Shown: one piece after another, positions 1 to 11,459 of the stretch
Position numbering within the stretch: position 1 is the first letter of the stretch
Layout of the letters: each line of letters begins with the position of its first letter
NCBI GenBank assembly: GCA_964016885.1
Contig: OZ024744.1
Coordinates: 4,836,001 to 4,900,000, forward strand
Reading direction: 5' to 3'
Origin: Eledone cirrhosa
Taxonomy: Eukaryota
DNA: 64,000 nucleotides
The notes under the pieces: model-generated
Databases searched by the model: none
Told to the model about the DNA's origin: nothing
What the model saw: the letters and a program-made list of their open reading frames with translations, nothing else
Program-made: the position numbers and the translations under genes

Positions 1-3000
1 TAGCAGAGGTCTATCTTGGTAGACAGTGAAGTTGGTAGCAGAGGTCTATCTTGGTAGACAGTGAGGGTGGTAGCAGAGGTCTATCTTGGTAGACAGTGGT
101 GTTCGTAGCAGAGGTCTATCTTGGTAGACAGTGGTGTTGGTAGCAGAGGTCTATCTTGGTAGACAGTGAGGTTGGTAGCAGAGGTCTATCTTGGTAGACA
201 GTGGTGTTGGTAGCAGAGGTCTATCTTGGTAGACAGTGGGGTGGGTAGCAGAGGTCTATCTTGGTAGACAGTGGTGTTGGTAGCAGAGGTCTATCTTGGT
301 AGACAGTGGTGTTGGTAGCAGAGGTCTATGTTGGTAGACAGTGGTGTTGGTAGCAGAGGTTAATCTTGGTAGACAGTGGTGTTGGTAGCAGAGGTCTATC
401 TTGGTAGACAGTGGTGTTGGTAGCATAGATCCATCTTGGTAGACAGTAGTGTTGGTAGCAGAGGTCTATGTTGGTAGACAGTGGTGTTTGTAGCAGAGGT
501 CTATGTTGGTAGACAGTGGTGTTGGAAGCAGAGGTCTATCTTAGTAGACAGTGGTGTGGTACATAGGTCTATGTTGGTAGACAGTGAGGTTGGTAGCAGA
601 GGTCTATATTGGTAGACAGTGAGGTTGGTAGCAGAGGTCTATCTTGGTAGACAGTGAGGTTGGTAGCAGAGCTCTATCTTGGTAGAAAGTGGTGTTGGTA
701 GCAGAGGTCTATGTTGGTAGACAGTGGTGTTGGTAGCAGAGGTTTATCTTGGTAGACAGTGGTGTTGGTAGCAGAGGTCTATGTTGGTAGACAGTGGTGT
801 TGGTAGCAGAGGTATATCTTGGTAGGCAGTGGTGTTGGTAGCAGAGCTCTATCTTGGTAGACAGTGGTGTTGGTAGCAGAGGTCTTTCTTGGTAGACAGT
901 GGTGTTGCTAGCAGAGGTCTATGTTGGTAGAAAGTGAGGTTGGTAGCTGAGATCTATGTTGGTAGACAGTGGTGTTGGTAGCAGAAGTCTATCTTGGTAG
1001 ACAGTGAGGTTGGTAGCAGAGGTCTATCTTGGTAGACAGTGGTGTTGGTAGCAGAGGTCTATCTTGGTAGACAGTGGTGTTGGTAGCAGAGGTCTATCTT
1101 GGTAGACATTGGTGTTGGTAGCAGAGTTCTATCTTGGTAGACAGTGGTGTTGGTAGCAGAGGTCTATGTTGGTAGACAGTGGTGTTGGTAATAGAGGTCT
1201 ATCTTGGTAGACAGTGGTGTTGGTAGCAGATGTCTATCTTGGTAGACAGTGGTGTTGGTAGCAGAGGTCTATCTTGGTAGACAGTGGTGTTGGTAGCAGA
1301 GGTCGATCTTGGTAGACAGTGGTGTTGGTAGCAGAGGTCTATCTTGGTAGACAGTGGTGTTGGTAGCAGATGTCTATCTTGGTAGACAGTGGTGTTGGTA
1401 GCAGAGATCTATCTTGGTAGACAGTGGTGTTGGTAGCAGAGGTCGATCTTGGTAGACAGTGGTGTTGGTAGCAGAGGTCGATCTTGGTAGACAGTGGTGT
1501 TGGTAGCAGAGGTCTATCTTGGTAGACAGTGGTGTTGGTAGCAGAGGTCTATGTTGGTAGACAGTGGTGTTGGTAGCAGAGGTATATCTTGGTAGGCAGT
1601 GGTGTTGGTAGCAGAGCTCTATCTTGGTAGACAGTGGTGTTGGTAGCAGAGGTCTATCTTGGTAGACAGTGGTGTTGGTAGCAGAGGTCTTTCTTGGTAG
1701 ACAGTGGTGTTGGTAGCAGAGGTCTATGTTAGTAGAAAGTGAGGTTGGTAGCAGAGGTCTATCTTGGTAGAAAGTGGTGTTGGTAGGAGAGGTCTATCTT
1801 GGTAGACAGTGGTGTTGGTAACAGAGGTCTATCTTGGTAGACAGTGGTGTTGGTAGCAGAGGTCTATATTGGTAGACAGTGGTGTTGGTAGCAGATGTCT
1901 ATCTTGGTAGACAGTGGTGTTGGTAGCAGAGGTCTATCTTGGTAGACAGTGGTGGTGGTAGCAGAGGTCTATCTTGTTAGACAGTGTTGTTGGTAGCAGA
2001 GGTCTATCTTAGTAGACAGTGGTGTTGGTAGCAGAGGTCTATCCTGGTAGACAGTGGTGTTGGTAGCAGAGGTCTATCTTGGTAGACAGTAGTGTTGGTA
2101 GCAGAGGTCTATCTTGGTAGACAGTGGTGTTGGTAGCTGAGGTCTAACTTGGTAGACAGTGGTGTTGGTAGCAGAGGTCTATCTTAGTAGACAGTGGTGT
2201 TGGTAGCAGAGGTCTACCTTGGTAGACAGTGGTGTCGGTAGCAGAGCTCTATCCTGGTAGACAGTGGTGTTGGTAGCAGAGGTCTATCTTGGTAGACAGT
2301 GAGGTTGGTAGCAGAGGTCTATGTTGGTAGACAGTGGTGTCGGTAGCAGAGCTCTATCTTGGTAGACAGTGGTGTTGGTAGCAGAAGTCTATCTTGGTAG
2401 ACAGTGAGGTTGGGAGCAGAGGTCTATGTTGGTAGACAGTGGTGTTGGTAGCAGAGGTCTATCTTGGTAGACAGTGGTGTTGGTAGGAGAGGTTTATCTT
2501 GGTAGACAGTGGTGTTGGTAGCAGAGGTCTATGTTGGTAGACAGTGGTGTTGGTAGCAGAGGTATATCTTGGTAGGCAGTGGTGTTGGTAGCAGAGCTCT
2601 ATCTTGGTAGACAGTGGTGTTGGTAGCAGAGGTCTATCTTGGTAGACAGTGGTGTTGGTAGCAGAGGTCTATGTTAGTAGAAAGTGAGGTTGGTAGCAGA
2701 GGTCTATCTTGGTAGACAGTGAGGGTGGTAGCAGAGGTCTATCTTGGTAAACAGAGGTGTTGGTAGCAGAGGTCTATCTTGGTAGACAGTGAGGTTGGTA
2801 TCAGAGGTCTATCTTGGTAGACAGTGAGGTTGGTAGCAGAGGTCTATGTTGGTAGACAGTGGTGTTGGTAGCATAGGTCTATCTTGGTAGACAGTGGTGT
2901 TGGTAGCAGAGGTCTATGTTGGTAGACAGTGGTGTTGGTAGTAGAGGTCTATCTTGGTAGACAGTGGTGTTGGTAGCAGATGTCTATCTTGGTAGACAGT

Positions 3001-3389
3001 GGTGTTGGTAGCAGAGGTCTATCTTGGTAGACAGTGGTGTTGGTAGCAAATATCTATCTTGGTAGACAGTGGTGTTGGTAGCAGAGGTCTATGTTTGTAG
3101 ACAGTGGTGTTGGTAGCAGAGGTCTATCTTGGTAGACAGTGGTGTTGGTAGCAGAGGTCTATCTTGGTAGACAGTGGTGTTGGTAGCAGAGGTCTATCTT
3201 GGTAGACAGTGGTGTTGGTAGCAGAGGTCTATCTTGGTAGACAGTGGTGTTGGTAGCAGAGGTCTATGTTGGTAGACAGTGAGGTTGGTAGCAGAGGTCT
3301 ATGTTGGTAGACAGTGGTGTTGGTAGCAGAGGTCTATCTTGGTAGACAGTGGTGTTGGTAGAAGAGGTCTATGTTGGTAGACAGTGAGG

Positions 3390-6300
3390 TTGGTAGCAGA
3401 GGTCTATCTTGGTAGACAGTGAAGTTGGTAGCAGAGGTCTATCTTGGTAGACAGTGAGGGTGGTAGCAGAGGTCTATCTTGGTAGACAGTGGTGTTCGTA
3501 GCAGAGGTCTATCTTGGTAGACAGTGGTGTTGGTAGCAGAGGTCTAACTTGGTAGACAGTGAGGTTGGTAGCAGAGGTCTATCTTGGTAGACAGTGGTGT
3601 TGGTAGCAGAGGTCTATCTTGGTAGACAGTGGGGTGGGTAGCAGAGGTCTATGTTGGTAGACAGTGGTGTTGGTAGCAGAGGTCTATGTTGGTAGACAGT
3701 GGTGTTGGTAGCAGAGGTCTATGTTGGTAGACAGTGGTGTTGGTAGCAGAGGTTAATCTTGGTAGACAGTGGTGTTGGTAGCAGAGATCTATCTTGGTAG
3801 ACAGTAGTGTTGGTAGCAGAGGTCTATGTTGGTAGACAGTGGTGTTTGTAGCAGAGGTCTATGTTGGTAGACAGTGGTGTTGGAAGCAGAGGTCTATCTT
3901 AGTAGACAGTGGTGTTGGTACAGAGGTCTATGTTGGTAGACAGTGAGGTTGGTAGCAGAGGTCTATATTGGTAGACAGTGAGGTTGGTAGCAGAGGTATA
4001 TCTTGGTAGACAGTGAGGTTGGTAGCAGAGCTCTATCTTGGTAGACAGTGGTGTTGGTAGCAGAGGTCTATCTTGGTAGACAGTGGTGTTGGTAGCAGAG
4101 GTCTATCTTGGTAGACAGTGGTGTTGGTAGCAGAGGTCTATGTTGGTAGACAGTGGTGTTGGTAGCAGAGGTATATCTTGGTAGGCAGTGGTGTTGGTAG
4201 CAGAGCTCTATCTTGGTAGACAGTGGTGTTGGTAGCAGAGGTCTTTCTTGGTAGACAGTGGTGTTGCTAGCAGAGGTCTATGTTGGTAGAAAGTGAGGTT
4301 GGTAGCTGAGATCTATGTTGGTAGACAGTGGTGTTGGTAGCAGAAGTCTATCTTGGTAGACAGTGAGGTTGGTAGCAGAGGTCTATCTTGGTAGACAGTG
4401 GTGTTGGTAGCAGAGGTCTATCTTGGTAGACAGTGGTGTTGGTAGCAGAGGTCTATCTTGGTAGACAGTGGTGTTGGTAGCAGAAGTCTATCTTGGTAGA
4501 CAGTGGTGTTGGTAGCAGAGGTCTATCTTGGTAGACAGTGGTGTTGCTAGCAGAGGTCTATCTTGGTAGACAGTGGTGTTGCTAGCAAAGGTCTATGTTG
4601 GTAGACAGTGAGGTTGGTAGCAGAGGTCTATCTTGGTAGACAGTGAGGGTGGTTGCAGAGGTCTATCTTGGTAGACAGTGGTGTTGGTAGCAGAGGTCTA
4701 GCTTGGTAGACAGTGAGGTTGGTATCAGAGGTCTATCTTGGTAGACAGTGAGGTTGGTAGCAGAGGTCTATGTTGGTAGACAGTGGTGTTGGTAGCATAG
4801 GTCTATCTTGGTAGACAGTGGTGTTGGTAGCAGAGGTCTATGTTGGTAGACAGTGGTGTTGGTAGTAGAGGTCTATCTTGGTAGACAGTGGTGTTGGTAG
4901 CAGATGTCTATCTTGGTAGACAGTGGTGTTGGTAGCAGAGGTCTATCTTGGTAGACAGTGGTGTTGGTAGCAGATATCTATCTTGGTAGACAGTGGTGTT
5001 GGTAGCAGAGGTCTATGTTGGTAGACAGTGGTGTTGGTAGCAGAGGTCTATCTTGGTAGTCAGTGGTGTTGGTAGCAGAGGTCTATCTTGGTAGACAGTG
5101 GTGTTGGTAACAGAGGTCTATGTTGGTAGACAGTGAGGTTGGTAGCAGAGGTCTATCTTGGTAGACAGTGGTGTTGGTAGCAGAGGTCTATGTTGGTAGA
5201 CAGTGGTGTTGGTAGCAGAGGTATATCTTGGTAGATAGTGAGGTTGGTAGTAGAGGTCTATGTTGGTAGACATTGGTGTTGGTAGCAGAGTTCTATCTTG
5301 GTAGACAGTGGTGTTGGTAGCAGAGGTCTATGTTGGTAGACAGTGGTGTTGGTAATAGAGGTCTATCTTGGTAGACAGTGGTGTTGGTAGCAGAGGTCTA
5401 TGTTGGTAGACAGTGGTGTTGGTACCAGAGGTCTATCTTGGTAGACAGTGGTGTTGGTAGGAGAGGTCTATCTTGGTAGACAGTGGTGTTGGTAGCAGAG
5501 GTCTATCTTGGTAGACAGTGAAGTTGGTAGCAGAGGTCTATCTTGGTAGACAGTGAGGGTGGTAGCAGAGGTCTATCTTGGTAGACAGTGGTGTTCGTAG
5601 CAGAGGTCTATCTTGGTAGACAGTGGTGTTGGTAGCAGAGGTCTAACTTGGTAGACAGTGAGGTTGGTAGCAGAGGTCTATCTTGGTAGACAGTGGTGTT
5701 GGTAGCAGAGGTCTATCTTGGTAGACAGTGGGGTGGGTAGCAGAGGTCTATGTTGGTAGACAGTGGTGTTGGTAGCAGAGGTCTATGTTGGTAGACAGTG
5801 GTGTTGGTAGCAGAGGTCTATGTTGGTAGACAGTGGTGTTGGTAGCAGAGGTTAATCTTGGTAGACAGTGGTGTTGGTAGCAGAGATCTATCTTGGTAGA
5901 CAGTAGTGTTGGTAGCAGAGGTCTATGTTGGTAGACAGTGGTGTTTGTAGCAGAGGTCTATGTTGGTAGACAGTGGTGTTGGAAGCAGAGGTCTATCTTA
6001 GTAGACAGTGGTGTTGGTACAGAGGTCTATGTTGGTAGACAGTGAGGTTGGTAGCAGAGGTCTATATTGGTAGACAGTGAGGTTGGTAGCAGAGGTATAT
6101 CTTGGTAGACAGTGAGGTTGGTAGCAGAGCTCTATCTTGGTAGACAGTGGTGTTGGTAGCAGAGGTCTATCTTGGTAGACAGTGGTGTTGGTAGCAGAGG
6201 TCTATCTTGGTAGACAGTGGTGTTGGTAGCAGAGGTCTATGTTGGTAGACAGTGGTGTTGGTAGCAGAGGTATATCTTGGTAGGCAGTGGTGTTGGTAGC

Positions 6301-7614
6301 AGAGCTCTATCTTGGTAGACAGTGGTGTTGGTAGCAGAGGTCTTTCTTGGTAGACAGTGGTGTTGCTAGCAGAGGTCTATGTTGGTAGAAAGTGAGGTTG
6401 GTAGCTGAGATCTATGTTGGTAGACAGTGGTGTTGGTAGCAGAAGTCTATCTTGGTAGACAGTGAGGTTGGTAGCAGAGGTCTATCTTGGTAGACAGTGG
6501 TGTTGGTAGCAGAGGTCTATCTTGGTAGACAGTGGTGTTGGTAGCAGAGGTCTATCTTGGTAGACAGTGGTGTTGGTAGCAGAAGTCTATCTTGGTAGAC
6601 AGTGGTGTTGGTAGCAGAGGTCTATCTTGGTAGACAGTGGTGTTGCTAGCAGAGGTCTATCTTGGTAGACAGTGGTGTTGCTAGCAAAGGTCTATGTTGG
6701 TAGACAGTGAGGTTGGTAGCAGAGGTCTATCTTGGTAGACAGTGAGGGTGGTTGCAGAGGTCTATCTTGGTAGACAGTGGTGTTGGTAGCAGAGGTCTAG
6801 CTTGGTAGACAGTGAGGTTGGTATCAGAGGTCTATCTTGGTAGACAGTGAGGTTGGTAGCAGAGGTCTATGTTGGTAGACAGTGGTGTTGGTAGCATAGG
6901 TCTATCTTGGTAGACAGTGGTGTTGGTAGCAGAGGTCTATGTTGGTAGACAGTGGTGTTGGTAGTAGAGGTCTATCTTGGTAGACAGTGGTGTTGGTAGC
7001 AGATGTCTATCTTGGTAGACAGTGGTGTTGGTAGCAGAGGTCTATCTTGGTAGACAGTGGTGTTGGTAGCAGATATCTATCTTGGTAGACAGTGGTGTTG
7101 GTAGCAGAGGTCTATGTTGGTAGACAGTGGTGTTGGTAGCAGAGGTCTATCTTGGTAGTCAGTGGTGTTGGTAGCAGAGGTCTATCTTGGTAGACAGTGG
7201 TGTTGGTAACAGAGGTCTATGTTGGTAGACAGTGAGGTTGGTAGCAGAGGTCTATCTTGGTAGACAGTGGTGTTGGTAGCAGAGGTCTATGTTGGTAGAC
7301 AGTGGTGTTGGTAGCAGAGGTATATCTTGGTAGATAGTGAGGTTGGTAGTAGAGGTCTATGTTGGTAGACATTGGTGTTGGTAGCAGAGTTCTATCTTGG
7401 TAGACAGTGGTGTTGGTAGCAGAGGTCTATGTTGGTAGACAGTGGTGTTGGTAATAGAGGTCTATCTTGGTAGACAGTGGTGTTGGTAGCAGAGGTCTAT
7501 GTTGGTAGACAGTGGTGTTGGTACCAGAGGTCTATCTTGGTAGACAGTGGTGTTGGTAGGAGAGGTCTATCTTGGTAGACAGTGGTGTTGGTAGCAGAGG
7601 TCTATCTTGGTAGA
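3390..7614 (+). repeat. 2099-bp (60-monomer) tandem duplication, present in block A only
   Basis: GAAG variant at 3421 and 5520, CTAACTT at 3544/5643, GGTACC at 5421/7520. Both copies map to a single copy in block B (GAAG at 27630). Confidence 0.93.
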
Positions 7615-8339
7615 AAGTGGTGTTGGTAGGAGAGGTCTATCTTGGTAGACAGTGGTGTTGGTAGCAGAGGTCTATCTTGGTAGACAGTGGTGTTGGTAGC
7701 AGAGGTCTATATTGGTAGACAGTGGTGTTGGTAGCAGATGTCTATCTTGGTAGACAGTGGTGTTGGTAGCAGAGGTCTATCTTGGTAGACAGTGGTGGTG
7801 GTAGCAGAGGTATATCTTGTTAGACAGTGTTGTTGGTAGCAGAGGTCTATCTTAGTAGACAGTGGTGTTGGTAGCAGAGGTCTATCCTGGTAGACAGTGG
7901 TGTTGGTAGCAGAGGTCTATCTTGGTAGACAGTAGTGTTGGTAGCAGAGGTCTATCTTGGTAGACAGTGGTGTTGGTAGCTGAGGTCTAACTTGGTAGAC
8001 AGTGGTGTTGGTAGCAGAGGTCTATCTTAGTAGACAGTGGTTTGGTAGCAGAGGTCTACCTTGGTAGACAGTGGTGTCGGTAGCAGAGCTCTATCCTGGT
8101 AGACAGTGGTGTTGGTAGCAGAGGTCTATCTTGGTAGACAGTGAGGTTGGTAGCAGAGGTCTATGTTGGTAGACAGTGGTGTCGGTAGCAGAGCTCTATC
8201 TTGGTAGACAGTGGTGTTGGTAGCAGAAGTCTATCATGGTAGACAGTGAGGTTGGGAGCAGAGGTCTATGTTGGTAGACAGTGGTGTTGGTAGCAGAGGT
8301 CTATCTTGGTAGACAGTGGTGTTGGTAGCAGAGGTTTAT

Positions 8340-9420
8340 CTTGGTAGACAGTGGTGTTGGTAGCAGAGGTCTATGTTGGTAGACAGTGGTGTTGGTAGCA
8401 GAGGTATATCTTGGTAGGCAGTGGTGTTGGTAGCAGAGCTCTATCTTGGTAGACAGTGGTGTTGGTAGCAGAGGTCTATCTTGGTAGACAGTGGTGTTGG
8501 TAGCAGAGGTCTTTCTTGGTAGACAGTGGTGTTGGTAGCAGAGGTCTATGTTGGTAGAAAGTGAGGTTGGTAGCAGAGGTCTATCTTGGTAGACAATGAG
8601 GTTGGTAGCAGAGGTCTATGTTGGTAGACAGTGGTGTTGGTAGCATAGGTCTATCTTGGTAGACAGTGGTGTTGGTAGCAGAGGTCTATGTTGGTAGACA
8701 GTGGTGTTGGTAGTAGAGGTCTATCTTGGTAGACAGTGGTGTTGGTAGCAGATGTCTATCTTGGTAGACAGTGGTGTTGGTAGCAGAGGTCTATCTTGGT
8801 AGACAGTGGTGTTGGTAGCAGATATCTATCTTGGTAGACAGTGGTGTTCGTAGCAGAGGTCTATGTTGGTAGACAGTGGTGTTGGTAGCAGAGGTCTATC
8901 TTGGTAGTCAGTGGTGTTGGTAGCAGAGGTCTATCTTGGTAGACAGTGGTGTTGGTAGCAGAGGTCTATGTTGGTAGACAGTGGTGTTGGTAGCAGAGGT
9001 ATATCTTGGTAGGCAGTGGTGTTGGTAGCAGAGCTCTATCTTGGTAGACAGTGGTGTTGGTAGCAGAGGTCTATCTTGGTAGACAGTGGTGTTGGTAGCA
9101 GAGGTCTTTCTTGGTAGACAGTGGTGTTGGTAGCAGAGGTCTATGTTGGTAGAAAGTGAGGTTGGTAGCAGAGGTCTATCTTGGTAGACAATGAGGTTGG
9201 TAGCAGAGGTCTATGTTGGTAGACAGTGGTGTTGGTAGCATAGGTCTATCTTGGTAGACAGTGGTGTTGGTAGCAGAGGTCTATGTTGGTAGACAGTGGT
9301 GTTGGTAGTAGAGGTCTATCTTGGTAGACATTGGTGTTGGTAGCAGATGTCTATCTTGGTAGACAGTGGTGTTGGTAGCAGAGGTCTATCTTGGTAGACA
9401 GTGGTGTTGGTAGCAAATAT
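8340..9420 (+). repeat. 595-bp (17-monomer) local duplication (also in block B at +22110)
   Basis: AGACAATGAG at 8591 and 9186; TATATC...GGCAG at 8405 and 9000. Confidence 0.8.
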
Positions 9421-11459
9421 CTATCTTGGTAGACAGTGTTGTTGGTAGCAGAGGTCTATGTTGGTAGACAGTGGTGTTGGTAGCAGAGGTCTATCTTGGT
9501 AGACAGTGAGGGTGGTTGCAGAGGTCTATCTTGGTAGACAGTGGTGTTGGTAGCAGAGGTCTATCTTGGTAGACAGTGAGGTTGGTATCAGAGGTCTATC
9601 TTGGTAGACAGTGAGGTTGGTAGCAGAGGTCTATGTTGGTAGACAGTGGTGTTGGTAGCATAGGTCTATCTTGGTAGACAGTGGTGTTGGTAGCAGAGGT
9701 CTATGTTGGTAGACAGTGGTGTTGGTAGTAGAGGTCTATCTTGGTAGACAGTGGTGTTGGTAGGAGATGTCTATCTTGGTAGACAGTGGTGTTGGTAGCA
9801 GAGGTCTATCTTGGTAGACAGTGGTGTTGGTAGCAGATATCTATCTTGGTAGACAGTGGTGTTCGTAGCAGAGGTCTATGTTGGTAGACAGTGGTGTTGG
9901 TAGCAGAGGTCTATCTTGGTAGTCAGTGGTGTTGGTAGCAGAGGTCTATCTTGGTAGACAGTGGTGTTGGTAGCAGAGGTCTATCTTGGTAGACAGTGGT
10001 GTCGGTAGCAGAGCTCTATCTTGGTAGACAGTGGTGTTGGTAGCAGAAGTCTATCTTGGTAGACAGTGAGGTTGGGAGCAGAGGTCTATGTTGGTAGACA
10101 GTGGTGTTGGTAGCAGAGGTCTATGTTGGTAGACAGTGGTGTTGGTAGCAGAGGTTAATCTTGGTAGACAGTGGTGTTGGTAGCAGAGGTCTATCTTGGT
10201 AGACAGTGGTGTTGGTAGCAGAGATCTATCTTGGTAGACAGTAGTGTTGGTAGCAGAGGTCTATGTTGGTAGACAGTGGTGTTTGTAGCAGAGGTCTATG
10301 TTGGTAGACAGTGGTGTTGGAAGCAGAGGTCTATCTTAGTAGACAGTGGTGTTGGTACAGAGGTCTATGTTGGTAGACAGTGAGGTTGGTAGCAGAGGTC
10401 TATATTGGTAGACAGTGAGGTTGGTAGCAGAGGTCTATCTTGGTAGACAGTGAGGTTGGTAGCAGAGCTCTATCTTGGTAGACAGTGTTGTTGGTAGCAG
10501 AGGTCTATCTTGGTAGACAGTGGTGTTGGTAGCAGAGGTTTATCTTGGTAGACAGTGGTGTTGGTAGCAGAGGTCTATGTTGGTAGACAGTGGTGTTGGT
10601 AGCAGAGGTATATCTTGGTAGGCAGTGGTGTTGGTAGCAGATCTCTATCTTGGTAGACAGTGGTGTTGGTAGCAGAAGTCTATCTTGGTAGACAGTGGTG
10701 TTGGTAGCAGAGGTCTATCTTGGTAGACAGTGGTGTTGCTAGCAGAGGTCTATCTTGGTAGACAGTGGTGTTGGTAGCAAAGGTCTATGTTGGTAGACAG
10801 TGAGGTTGGTAGCAGCGGTCTATCTTGGTAGACAGTGGTGTTGGTAGCAGAGGTCTATGTTGGTAGACAGTGGTGTTGGTAGCAGAGGTATATCTTGGTA
10901 GGCAGTGGTGTTGGTAGCAGAGCTCTATCTTGGTAGACAGTGGTGTTGGTAGCAGAGGTCTATCTTGGTAGACAGTGGTGTTGGTAGCAGAAGTCTATCT
11001 TGGTAGACAGTGGTGTTGGTTGCAGAGGTCTATCTTGGTAGACAGTGGTGTTGGTAGCAGAGGTCTATCTTGGTAGACAGTGAGGTTGGTATCAGAGGTC
11101 TATCTTGGTAGACAGTGAGGTTGGTAGCAGAGGTCTATGTTGGTAGACAGTGGTGTTGGTAGCATAGGTCTATCTTGGTAGACAGTGGTGTTGGTAGCAG
11201 AGGTCTATGTTGGTAGACAGTGGTGTTGGTAGTAGAGGTCTATCTTGGTAGACAGTGGTGTTGGTAGCAGATGTCTATCTTGGTAGACAGTGGTGTTGGT
11301 AGCAGAGGTCTATCTTGGTAGACAGTGGTGTTGGTAGCAGATATCTATCTTGGTAGACAGTGGTGTTGGTAGCAGAGGTCTATGTTGGTAGACAGTGGTG
11401 TTGGTAGCAGAGGTCTATCTTGGTAGTCAGTGGTGTTGGTAGCAGAGGTCTATCTTGGT

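Noticed and set aside
31-38. GTTGGTAG resembling Chi (GCTGGTGG) or a minisatellite core
   Set aside because: A 6/8 match is expected by chance in G/T-rich sequence, and I noticed no exact Chi site.
139-169. G-quadruplex potential (four GG runs per monomer)
   Set aside because: Only GG doublets with 4-8-nt loops. At most a weak two-tier structure, and the consensus has no GGG tracts.
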